Source: Klebsormidium nitens (Eukaryota; Plantae; Klebsormidiophyceae). From it: a DNA stretch of 64,000 nucleotides. The notes below the pieces were generated by a model, which saw only the letters and a list, made by a program, of their open reading frames with translations, was not told the origin of the DNA and ran no database searches. The position numbers and the translations under genes are program-made. The stretch lies in contig DF237139.1 of assembly GCA_000708835.1 (NCBI GenBank), forward strand, positions 62,001 through 126,000, read 5' to 3'. Shown piece by piece: positions 1-12,800 of this stretch. Position 1 is the stretch's first letter, and every line of letters starts with the position of its first letter.

Positions 1-2254
1 TTCGAAGCGTCGGAGAACACGCGCTGATGGACGAAACTCACTGTGTTGATGTGTGCCGCAAACAAGATGGTCAGGAAGTGCAGGCTCATCGCTTCGGGGA
101 AACCCGGGGTATCGTTGAGCACGAACTGCAAGTAGTCTTGCCGCCCGCTGTGGCCTTCTAGGTCGGCGTACCGTTCCCGGATCACAGTCTCCAAGATTTC
201 GACGATACGCCCCCTGTACAATTCAAGGGCTTTGAATCGTCGGAGCCTGGTGTCTTAAGTCTTCTGGCGATCCGTAATATTTGTGCACCTATGTATATTC
301 CTTCGTCTTTCGAGTCTACTTGGGTCCACTCTCTGCGCCAAGGCAATTTCAAGGAAGTTGTCTGACGAACGGACTCAGCAACGTCAGCAAATCCTAAAAA
401 AGCAATCAGAGCCCAAGTAGAGAGTTCTTGGCTTATCAAAGTGAGTAAGAGCGGAGAAGAACCAACTCTCGTGCTTCTGAGTCAACGTTGTTCGCGCCTC
501 ACAAGGCCCTATTTGATGGGTTTCTTGACCATTTTCGGAATTTCAAAACTGCGTTTTGCCTTTCGCATGACCGTCTCAAAATACCTGCATTCAAGGAGTG
601 TCCTGCGTGTCAATACTCCAAAAGTTCGTTGTCAACGGCCAAACCAAACGAAAAAGCTGGGGATTGTAAATCCCATAAAAGATGCCCACAAAGACGGACT
701 CACTTGATCCTCTTGAACCGCCTCGCCACAGCGCTCGGAAACCACAGGAACTGCGCGACCGCCGGCAGTGCCGCCATGCGCTCGTACTCATAGTACAAGT
801 CCGCTAACTCGGGGAAGCGCTCGTTGACGTCATCCCCAAGTAAGCATGCAATCATCATGCCCATCGTGACGCGGGAGCACTCTCGGAATAGGTCCAGAGT
901 GCCCTTTTGCGCCCACCCAGCTAGCGAGCGCTCCACGTGGCTTTGGATAACGGTCGTGTAGTACGCTAATCTGCGGGTTATGAGTGACTTAACCCCGATT
1001 GAACAGAGGTAGCCGTGTTGCCAAGGTCACTTGGAGAAAGCATCGCTGTCAGGGTTCAGAAAGTGGTTCTGGCTTTGCATACCAGCCGCTCCGGTAGACC
1101 GGCAGCCTACGAAAACAATGTTGCGCAACAGGTACTTCTCACTCTGCTGAAAAGTCTCCAAGCGGTTCTCAGGTCTTGGCAGTGTCAGGAAAGATGCATA
1201 CTATGAAGGATACGATGATTGTGAGTTTGATTTCAAAGAAGGGTCACTTGCCTGGGTGCCGACGCCAGTCCGGTGATGATCAGCTTCCTTGCTTTTTCGT
1301 TCCAGGCGGTGAATCTGTACAAGCCGGCCCCGAAGAGGTGGCGCGTCAGGGCCTCAATTGCTTTTTCAAAGCTGAGCTCGCTGGCTGATGTGCCGTCGTC
1401 GGCGTTGAAGAACCACCTGGGACAGAGGGCCTTTTAGGAGTTGGCGGAGGCCCTTCAAGGGCTGAGTGAGTACTTTGTTAAGCAGCAGTTCCTACAATAC
1501 CAAGGCAGATGAGCGCCTGGTCGAGCGCCGCTTGAGCGTATAGCATTGTCCCTGATTAGCCTGAGGTAACCCCTCTAGGCTTAGGAATGGGTGGTGCAAA
1601 GCACTCACTCATTGAGCATCTAGCTTGGGCCTGGAAAACTTTAAGAGGAAACGGCCATGAAGAGAAGCAAGGTTGACCTTCAAGAACAGGTGAAAATACG
1701 ATTCCAGGGGAGATCAGTCAGTGGGACCAACAGGTTCCATCAGGCGAAGAAGCGAATACTGTTGTGAGTACTTTATCTGGACTGAGTTGATTTGTCAGCA
1801 TTGCACATGGTGGTTCTCAAATAAAAGTGGCTGGTTTCAGCTGCTTTCAATCTGTGCAACTATTTGAACAATGCTATCAACGGTGATGGTTCAACATGTC
1901 AGAGCACGCATGAGGATGGAATGCCCCTTGGAAACATTCGCAGTCTCACCTGTGCGCATCTGGCCCAAGGACAAAGACGAAGCGCTTTGCCAGCAGGTTC
2001 AACCCAAACACATTCCCCAGCTGCTTCCGCGCTTTTAGAAGGAGCTCTTCAGGAGCTTTTTGAAATTCCGCAGGGGGCCCCAAAAGTGGAAAACCAGTTT
2101 TGTACCATTGCAGCGTTCTTATCTCCCCCTTTTCAGCTCTCGAGGAGCGCAAGCTGACAGCAAACAACAACGCAGCCAACAATGCAAGTAAGCAGCTGCC
2201 GAGAAGGGCGGGAGGGAGATTTGGATTTCCTGCAAACCAAGCATTTAGATCCAT
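1..2254 (-). CDS. Cytochrome P450, 5' part (CYP51-clan/CYP7-like appearance); 3' exons lie outside the window
   Basis: Phase-consistent exons 2254-1950, 1416-1252, 970-704 and 213-42. They give an N-terminal membrane anchor (ALLGSCLLALLAALLFAV), then the P450 proline-region GFPLLGPPAEFQKAP...FGLNLLAKRFVFVLGPDAH, and an I-helix LTILFAAHINT at the last exon end. A short upstream exon (ATG 2564, donor 2530, acceptor 2281) fits the phase but has a weak donor. The heme Cys motif is not in the window. Confidence 0.85.
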
Positions 2255-3890
2255 TTCCAGGAAGGTTGTGTATGCTGCCACTGGCGCTCAATTGTTAAAG
2301 AGTAACAGAGTTTCTATGGGCTGCTACACCATCATAGTACTTTGAAACTAAGTCCACCGGTAAAGTGATTCACGGATGACAGCAATATGCAGCAGCACTG
2401 CAGCATTTCCAAGAGTCATGCGACTATGCGTGCTAATAATAAATAAACCGTGTCCTCTTTCGGAAAAAAGGATCGAAACCGTCGAAATTTGGAATCGACG
2501 GTCCGAGAAGAAATGTCGTGTGTGCGCTACTGTATTCAATGGGTTTGGTCATAGCGTCCGCCATGGTTCCGGAAACGGTGGCGCTTTCTAGCTCTCTCCC
2601 TCCTTCCTTTCTGGCGACCGATCACTGGAGAGCAAAAACGAGTGGCGTCGCTTGAAAGCCAGAAACGCCATTCACCGCCAATTGCGGGACCAAAAGTGGT
2701 GGGTTAGGTCCTACGGACGCAGAAGTAATAGAACTCGGTATTTAATAATACCGGCCCTCCGGGTATATGTTTGGCACCAGAGAGATCCCGCTCAATTTCC
2801 GCCAATCCGGTTCCTTCCATACTTTGTCCGTCGCCGGCTTCATCGAACGGAGCGTACGGTCTCGATTTGTCATGACTGATGTCAGCTTTCGGTATACCGG
2901 CCCGGGTAAACGTCGGCTCAGCTTTATCCTACGCGTGTAATCATGTGCGTGACCTCCGAAACAATCAATGAGGCCGGGAAGTTGCGGGTCGGAACTTGGA
3001 AGTTCGAACTTCGGAACCGATCCATGTTAGACCAACCAACAATTAACCCTTGTCTTGAACTTCAAAAAGCAGCCAGGCTTTGAACTACAAAGGTCAACGA
3101 TACCTAACCTTTGAAGTAGGTATTATAACCCGACGTCCCTGACCAGTGACATTGTACCGGTCACAACCATTTTATCAATAATAATGAGTTGCGGGCAGAC
3201 GGTTAAAATTCAAACTCCACCGATCAGAATCGTGCCAACAAGGAAGACAGAAACGGGATTCGTGCGGAGCGACGGCAGAGACATTGCTTTGCTTTGTGCA
3301 GGTAGTTGGTATGACGTGAAGTCAGGGAACGGCATCAAGCGGTACACAACGGAGCGGTTTTGATGACATAAGGCATGACGTCCTGGGTCCGAGGTGGGCA
3401 CGGGAATCGAAACAGCCCAGCAATGCCCAATGAACATTGGCGGAGTGAGTCCGCCAATTGCGCATTGGCATGGTGACGCATCGGCCGCTCTGCTGGTCCC
3501 TGACTCTGAGCGACTCTGAGTGAGCCACTGCTGGCAATGCTTAGAAAGTTCTGCATCATAGATCATGGCTTCTCCTTGCGCGAAAAGCGTGTGCAGGTTG
3601 GGATAGGTAGTCTGGAGCTTTTGTAAAATATGTTTGGCGGTGCCACATAGCCCCTGATCTTAGCAGAGTGACAAAACCGGAGCTTGTAATAGTAGCGTTA
3701 CGTGACACTTGCCGCCACTAAGTTAAGAAGGGCATTAAGTTGATTGCGGAGAGTTGTCACTGTTGTCTGTACGTTTTGAAAGGCAGTCTGGCGGTGTTCA
3801 GAACCGTGGAGCTGTCCAGCGCCAATGAAGGATGTAGCTGGTGAACCAGCTGAATCAGGTCCAGGCCTTGAGGCACAAGGTTTCTAGAAG

Positions 3891-6800
3891 ATGGGGAAAC
3901 CAGCGCAGAATGGTTGGCGGCTCAGCCTCCAGCCTCTCCAGCTATCACCTGGATGCTTACTGTGCCAAGCAATCAAGCAATTCAAACTCCCGATTGTAGC
4001 ATGGGCAACCATAGGGTTCATGGCCACCTTTTTCGCCGCTGGGGTCCTCCGTCAGAAGGCCAGCAGCTTGCAGATGGAGTCCTTTGGTTTGGAGTGCAAT
4101 CTGCGTGCTCAGGTAAGGAGCGGTGGTAGCTGAGCCAGTGCTTATATACTTACTTGTTATCTCCTGAAGTTAGCTAGCAGAAATGAAGAAGTGCAGGACA
4201 ATGTCAGCAGGAATTGTCCTAAACTTTGGGCTCATGTCTACTGCGGTGTGATCGCTTGACATCCAATACAGCTCCTCTAAAAAGGGCCAGGTACCTTTCA
4301 GTGCCTCAGGGGCCAGAGCTTGGGGAAGAACTTGTTCAGAAAGAAATTGTTGAGGTCATTTGGGCCGTCCAACCATGAGCTGTGGCTAGGCGGTAGTCGC
4401 AATGAGCTAAGCAAATGCAAGCTGTCAAGTCCCTTGTCCATGAACAAAACCAAGGGCGTACACTCTGGTTTGATCACTTTATGTTGTCCCCAAACCTTAG
4501 AGAAACTTGCACCTACTTGCACAGCCAAGTGAATGTGAAACTGATTGCTGGATAGCTCCAAGGGTTCCCACCAACTTCATCGATTGGAAGCTTCCCCTGA
4601 CCTTATTGAGCTGACATGCTCTGGTCAGTTCGGGGATGAAGGGCATAGCAGGCCAAAGCAGGCCAGAGGTACAAAAGGAGAGCGCAATTGTAAAAATGGA
4701 TGACCAGTCAAGGTTTTGCAGATTAAGCGCAAAGCAGGCCAAAGCTGGCCAGTGGGACAAAAGAAGAGCGCAATTGTATGGGCAAAAATAAATGACCAGT
4801 CAAGGTTGACGAATTGCTGCATCTGAATCGGTCTGTGGCAGGCAACAAATCCATGGCAAGCTCCTTGCAGAAGCAAGGTGGTCGCATCCTTGTGGTCAGG
4901 ATCATGGCTATCCAAAGATGTTACTAAATGAGATGGTAGCAAAAGGGCAAGCTTCGTCCTGAACTGCTGAAGACAAGAGCCTTTGAAGCCTGAGTTTCTA
5001 AAGAGAGCCAGCCATGTCGAGGTCTCTGCTGGTGCTTTTCACAAAGAAGGCCACTGAAAGTGTCCATTTGCTCTTTGAGTGGCAATCTCGGGCTACCGTA
5101 AGTCTGATTCCTTCTGACATGAAAGAGTGCGCCAGCATGCTGATACTTTCCACCATGTCTCACCACCTTTTCAGTTATGACCGCTTGAGGCCACTTGAAC
5201 TCTGAGTGGTGAGTATGCACATGTAACAGGGGTATGGAAACAAGCCAGCTTTTGCCGATAGTGATCTTACCCGCTGATTAATTGACATGTTCTCACTGCA
5301 GGCTGTGGCAGCTGCCTTTGCGGCAGACCTCCAGGCTTCCCACGCATTGGCCAGGCTAATGAGCGGCATGCCAACAGTCAATGCCACTATGTTCCAGCTA
5401 GTTACAGCCTCGATATACGGAGCCAGTCCGGCGCTCCTTACACTATATTCGACAGTCGTGTTGAAGACAGATCGAAGTAGGATTGAAACGGAGCTGGGAA
5501 GTGGTTTCTGGACTTGGGACACAGCAGGAACTAGACCTGGGGTTATTCCTGTGCCTCAAGAAGAGCAGTATGCTCCTGTTGTTCTGTACGCAAACGTGCC
5601 TGGGACATTCTTTGGCTGGTGAGTACTTGTTCCATCTCATAGTGCAGATAGAGTGGCCACTTTCTACATGATAAGTGGACGAAGGACTGCCTGATTGCCA
5701 GCCTCAGAAGCTCAGGAAGTTCATTGTATCAAGAGGCTTCTGCAAACCAGATCTGGACGTTGCAAGCTGCGGCTTCCACTTAAGCAACACCACACGTGCT
5801 TTGAGTGCCCTGTCAGGAAGCTGATAAAAGTGCAATGAAACGCTAGAGTCAGCCGCCATTGCACTGGCATCGGCTAGAGAGGTCGATATCACCATATTGA
5901 CCATTTTCGTGAATCAAAGTTCGTTAAGACATTCAAGGACCTTAGGACACTCAAGGACCTTAGGCTTTCTGCAATGTCTGTTTGTGGACATCTGAGCTGG
6001 GCAGCATACAAACCTTGAGCCCCACTTTGGCATGTCTCTCAACACTTCCGTAAAGTATTCACGTCCACTACCATCGCCAGAACTTGCCCTGACAGTCCAC
6101 GAAGTGGAACATAGGATTTAGAATGCCAGAAAAAGAACCGAAGCGATCTAATTCGAATTGACGTCACTGCAGGGATGGCTTTCATATATCCAACTGGACG
6201 GGCTTCAACATGCCAATGAACAGCGTGAAGAGAGCTTGCGAGAGCACAAACCCTGTTGCAGGACATCCGAGGAAACTCGGAGACACAGTAGTGTTGCCTA
6301 TCTTTTCGCCGGTGAGGAGGAATCGGACGCCACGAGTCGCTGTGTGCGTTGAAGACACGCCTTACTTCGTGAATTGTCTCCGTCAAGTTTCCATCTTTCG
6401 TATATAGGATTCACTTACGAAAACGTCTGTGGGAGAACAGACAAACGCTGCAGAAAGTTCAGGCACTTTGCAATCGAACTTCTGCCCGTTCTTGTATCTG
6501 CAACTTTCGTGGTTGGCACCGATTCTTCCCACGTCAAGATATCCACGTCATCAAACAGCTGCTGCTTGCGTTGCGGCTCCTGCCACGTCGCAAGCCTGCA
6601 TCCATTTCGATATGATCTTCGAAATTGTTCCTCTTCTGAGTCCTTTCTATGCGACGTTCTAAATGAATTACTCTCTTTTCTTTTTCCTTCCAGGTCTACC
6701 CAAGCTCCAGCTCCGCAGCGTTGCCAGAGTGCGTCGGAGTTGTGGCGACTATCTTGAACCTGACAGCGCTGTTTACAGCGGCTTTGGAGCCGTACAAAGG

Positions 6801-9800
6801 GAGCGAAGGGATCGTGGTGTCTGGACAGGACGTTACCTTAGATACTGGCATTCCAGTTGATTCGGCCCCGTTTCTGGTGTGGGGAGCTCCTGCGAGTGGG
6901 GGCCAGATGTATGCACAGAGCGGTTTTGGGAGCGGTTCCTACTCCAAGGAAGAGGTGAGACATTCTGCCCCTTGGAAAAGTTGTCGCACCAGAGAAAGCG
7001 CTCGACCTTCATCCGAGTCCTGTAATCAAGAACGAAGTAAATAATCCTGGTCCGGATCGATTTGGTGGGGGAGTGCTTTTCTCAGGGCCTACTTACATGA
7101 GGAATACAATCGGAGCGGAGACGTCGTAATGATGAGGCAGGGATCTGTTGTTTCGGGGCACAAGCCAACGGTTTCCTGGTCGGAGAATTGCTGCCCTCGG
7201 GTGCTTGACCTGTGCTTGGCTTGACTGCGGGCATTGCGGAGTATGGAGAAGGGCATCCTGCATCCCAAGGCTTGGGATCGCTTTGTGGGGGGTTACAAGA
7301 TCTAGTATCTAAAGTGGCACGATCCATTGGTCAATCCAGTCAGAAGCGAAGACCGGCACAAAGATGCAGCTCTTGTCAGGTTCTGCATGACATACACAAT
7401 AGATTCGTACGTGTGTCGGCACACGCCTGCTGAAGCTAGTGTTCTCAGTGGCCACTCAGGGCGCGTTGTGACTGCCAGTACGTGCTCTCCTCACCCGTAG
7501 CAGTGCAATCAAGCCTCCGTAAGTACAGCTTTGAGCTACACTACGAATTTTCCGTCAGCAAAACGTGACATTTTTTGGTTCTGCGACAGACATAAGCAAG
7601 AGCCCGTTTCATATCCTAACTCCTAGCTCCGCGTCGGAAGACCCATGAATTTTCACGATTTTTGACTAATCAATTCGGCAACGTTCTCAGGTGGTCCCCT
7701 TCGATTTGGGCGGTCGTCGTTACGAGGTTCGCTGTCGTGATCGTTCGGCAAGTCTGCTAGCGTACTCGCAAGACGGCGGCTTTGCCGCGGTGATTGCTGC
7801 GGGCGTGTTGCTGACGATGGGGGCTATGGCCATGGGGCTCCGCAGGCTGGAGGCGATGCAGAAGAATGTGGAACAGGTGAGCTTTCACCTTTGCTCACCC
7901 TTTTCGTCTTTCGTTCTCGGTTACTTCCGCTTCGAACTACTGACTCCTGCTTGTATCCTTGTCGCTCTGCAGTCCAAGTATTTCTTGTCGCTGCGTTTGT
8001 CTGGCAATTATTCTACCCGTCCTATTGGTTTTTCCGTCCTTTGTCTCCGCCCTTTTCGCCGTCCATTCCCATGATTTCATCGAAGACTCAAGCTGAATTT
8101 TGACCTGGGCTTCGATTGCTCTTCACCCGCTTGCGGTGAGGAGAGTCTTCCACATAAGCGACCCGAAAAACCAAAGACCGTATGCCATCCTGGCCACAGG
8201 TGAAAGAGCTCAACGAGGAGCTGCGGAATGCCAAAGCGCAGGCGGAGAGCGCGCGTGCGGAGGCGGAAGCTGCCGACATGGCCAAGTCCAACTTCCTGGC
8301 GACCATGTAAGGCTGTGATCTTTCAGTTGGTTTATTGGATGGTGTATATTCAGGGGGTTATTGAACCGCACGTTCTTCAATGCGTGCTTCGATTAGGGTC
8401 TCAAGATTTAAGCTACTTCTCGTTCCATTCTAGCATATTACGACCAATCTGCTAAAAACATTGTGTTACTGTATCAGTCAGAATCATATCAGACGCAAAC
8501 CGTTTCAGACGCAAACCGGTAACGGCACACAAAAGCTCGGACTAAAGTATCGTATAGCTCAGAAGACGCCCGTTGCCCTGGTTTGGCCGCTGTCTGATTG
8601 TTCAAGGAGCCTCTGTTGCCCGTGCTTTGCAGGCCCTCGGCTGCAAATGGCCAAATTATTGCAGTGCCGCACCCTATCGTCCCATTCTAACGCACTCGAC
8701 GTGTTCGTCACTGCAGGAGTCACGAGATTCGGACGCCCCTGAGCGGCGTACTCGGCATGATCGCCTTGCTCAATGAGACACAGCTGGTGAGTCTTTAACC
8801 GATAGAATCGCCTGTGCTTACCTCTTCCGGGAGTTGACTTTGGGCAAAGCTGATCTTGGAATCCACCGTAGCCGGGTCGTTGCAAGGGCACGCGTCTGTT
8901 TCGGGCCAAAACCGCAGAACAGCAGAAGACAGCGGCTCGTCATCGGGCATAACCCTCAGAAGAATGGTCAATGGCCTAGGAGCTTGCAGCGGTTGTGTAT
9001 TCTGGTCCCCATCTTGGGTGTCGGTCAGAAAGCCTCTTGTCAGTTGCGGAGAGCCTCTGCCCTGCCTTTCAAGACCAACACTATTTCCAAGCCCCCCATG
9101 GGTCCTTCATCTATATTGTCTGCTTTTACCCAACCTCGATCCCCTTTGTCTCCGTTTACAGGACCCGGTCCAGCAGGACTATGTGCAGTCCGCGCAGGCG
9201 TCCGGCCAGGGGCTCTCTGGTATCATCAACGACGTCCTTGACTTTTGCAAGGTGAGCGAGCGTCTTACGTCAGCTTATTACGCGTCGTAAGTGAACTGCT
9301 CGGCCTTAGTCGCCAGTCCTAGGACGCTTGAGGGTCGATTGCTCAAGGTTCCAATGGACAGGTCTGTACTCTGGGCACTTCTGTGCAACGCTTACTTACG
9401 GATGCTTCGAATAGATTGTTATTCTGGACTTTTTCATTATAGAAGTAAGCGCAGCTTTGGTGCACGATACAAATCTTAGTGAGCGCCGAGTCAACGTCAC
9501 TGTTGGGCACTACAAACTCCGTTTAGCGCCAGGTCTGCACTTCCGATGAATGTCTGATTAGATGAGGGATTCACATCCCAAATCCTTTTTGTCCGTAGAT
9601 CGAAGCTGGGCACATGGACATCGAGAACATCCCGTACAACGTCCGAAAGGAGATGGAGGTGGTGGCGGCCCTTTTTGCGGACAAGGCCCGGCAGAAGCGG
9701 CTGGACTTCGTCTTCCTCATCCAGGTTTGTTGTCGTTGTAGTTTGAGGGTCACGCGTGACGGGAAGCGAGGTCCTGTACTGCAGGCTGAACTTACAAGGA

Positions 9801-12800
9801 CAGTGTCTAGTACCGGTGCTCGATACAGAGCTCTCAATTCAGCTTTAGAACACGCGAGTTGTCCCGGCATTGGCTAGGGTTGTCCCAGGCGCTTGCTCGG
9901 GCGGCTTGAGCGCACTTTTGGACGCTCCGCGGGCGCTTCCGGACGCCCGAGTGACACTTCGGACGCCCCGTCCCCGCTTAGGACGTCCTTATTACCCTTC
10001 TGGACGGCCCGAATCCGCTCCCAGACGCGCCAGTCACGCTTCCGGACGGTCACGCTTCCGGACGCCCTCCTTACGTCCGGACGGCCCTTTTGTTTCAAAC
10101 GGCTCCGTCGATCTTTTGTTTGCGCCGACGTAAGCAGCCTCTAAAACAGGCTAATCTGACGTAAGAGCCTCGTTATTCGTGCAGGACGAGGTGCCGGAGA
10201 TGCTGGTGGGCGATCCAAACCGCGTACGTCAGGCGCTGGTGAACCTTGTCGGGAACGCAATCAAGGTGCGCCGCATTTTTCCGCTCCCTTGGCCCCGTCT
10301 CAGACCTGAATCATCAGCTCGCTGGTCGAGTCGCGTGGATCTAGCCAGATCTAGCGGACGGCCGATTCCTTCCCTCTCGACGGGCCCGTGACTACCGGAT
10401 TTGGTAGGGTGAACCAGCCTTTTTGTGTCGGACTTTTTGAGCCTCATTTGGCGCACCCGCCAGCAAAGGTCATCCGACGATCTATTGTCTCGTCCAGACA
10501 CGCAAGGCAGCAAAATTCCTCAGGAGCTTGCAGCCCAAATCTTATGTTTCTGCTCCCCCGATCCGCTTGCATGCAGCTTTTCGTCCACTTAGTTTCAAGG
10601 TCAATATCCTGCTTTCCTCGGTCATCAGATGACGACCCCCTCTTCCTCACCTCCTGTTCTCCTTTACCATTCGCGAGTCTTCGGTGTCTTGCATCCTTCT
10701 CGCTTTCCCTGTTCATGGTACGGCTCACGTCGCTTTCTTCTTTCTCATCTGCTTCTCTCTCTATTTTCAAAACAGAACATTCTATAGTCCGACTTCTAAA
10801 ATTCCAGTAGGCCAAACCCGCAAACCATATTGCTTTCGTGCAGTTTACGGCCAAAGGGAGCATCTTCGTGTGGGTCCGCATCGACGAGCCCCCCCCCGCC
10901 GCCGCCAAAACCCCCAGCCCCGAAACCCCCGGCTTCGGCGGCCCAACCGACGTGTCTTGGTTCAATCTAGACGCACTCCTAGAATCGCACCCGGGAATTC
11001 TGAGCTTCGACCCCCGGTTGAATAATAACACGCTGGAGGCGGTCGAGCTAGCCCGGGAAAGGGCCCAGGCGGCCGCGGCCAAGGTCCGGGAGAGTGGGAC
11101 GGTGAATCTGGTGTTCACGGTGGAAGACACCGGCATGGGTGAGCGGATAGAGTTATTGGCTGGTCATTGTATTTGAGTGAGGGTTAGGAGAAATGTGTAC
11201 GCTTACTTATATTTTTGTCCGGGGCAGATTGAATTGCTCTCAAACAGAGACGAGAAACCACCCTGTTGCCTCTAGTAGGGTCAGTGTCTGCAGGCAATCT
11301 GGACTGCCCCCCTGTGGTTGCTCGTTTCCAGCGTATAGCGATGGACATGCAGCAGTCATTGTACCCTCGCTCTTTTCCCCCCCATAATCATGGAAAAGCG
11401 AGAGGTAAACGGAAAGGGAAGGAGCCGGACTATACCAGGATTGAAGCTCAGCCTCGTGTAACCTCCGGTTATCAGAGCGTTCATACAAAGTCGTATGATC
11501 GGCACTCCATCGCAACCTAAAATGGCAGTCGTTTGCATCAAATGTCGTCACACTAACAAGCCCAAGTTCCAAGATTCAGTAGAGCAAGTATTTCCTTTGA
11601 TGCTGCTCCTCATTTTCCCATCTGGTCGACAGCTAAATCTGTTTTCGTAACCCATCTCTGCAGGCATTCCGCGGTCCGTCCAGCACCGGTTGTTCCAGCC
11701 GTTCGTGCAGGCGGACTCGAGCCACACCCGCAAGTGGGGCGGAAGCGGAATCGGGTTATGCATAACCGCCAAGCTGGTTAAGGCCATGGGGGGCCTGATG
11801 ACGGTCGCGAGCGTGGAGGATCGGGGGAGCCGGTTCTCTTTCTCTGTACATAATGAGGTTCACAACAAGGTTGTCCTTGACCCGCCTCCGTTTGCGCCCG
11901 CTGCATTGGGGATTGCGTCGAGGTGAGTGGAAGATGAGGTTTCGACTAGTGGCAATTCGTTTCAATTTTGTGACGTTTGCGGCTCAAAAGACAGTCTTAG
12001 GTGCTGCTATCTGGTGCGGAAAGTCACCGAGTATCCAAATAAATATCGCTTTTATAGCGTGAATCTTGGCAGCGAAACCGACTCTATCATGGTGGGAGTC
12101 TAGGTGGTGCTTGGGTCAGCCAATCGAACCAAGTTCTTAGGCCTTAGGCCTTCCGCCGGAATATTGGACCGGAGGCCGGTCAAAAGTAGCCGAAGTTGAC
12201 TCTCACTGTTACGTTTCAGTTTTGACCGTCACCAACGACCCTAAATCAGACAAAATTCCGGAAAAGACCCTTATAGCGACACCCCGGAACCTCTGTAAAC
12301 TGTGGCGTGGACACCGATACGTCGCCCAGAAAAGCTGCAACCTGGAAATGGTCGTACAAGCGTTTGGCCAAAGCATTCTGTCCACACTCTTCAGTAGCAA
12401 GTGCCCTTAGCACTCGTTGTTGCTACACGAGAACAGTCAAGTACTACCCCGACTAAAGGATGCCCGATTGCTGCTGTCTGCAGGATACGCGCAGTGATAG
12501 TTGACACCAACGGAATCCGTGGCTCGGCAATCGGTTGCATGCTGACTCGTTTGGGAGCAGAGTCCTTTGTAGTCGAAACCGTTTCCGAGGCTGTCAGCCG
12601 CATCCTCCCAAATCCAGGCAAAGAAGCCCCTTCCGGGCTCCGAAACCACGTGTGTCCGTCCTCGCTTTCCCCACGGAACGGCCGGGAGAAGCGGAACCCG
12701 GAACCGGTTGGTGAACGGACGGCACAGGAAACGCTCAGCGGCACGGCGCACAGGTCGCCTTTGGAGATTCCCGGAGCTTTGACTGAGAGTTCCGGCGATG

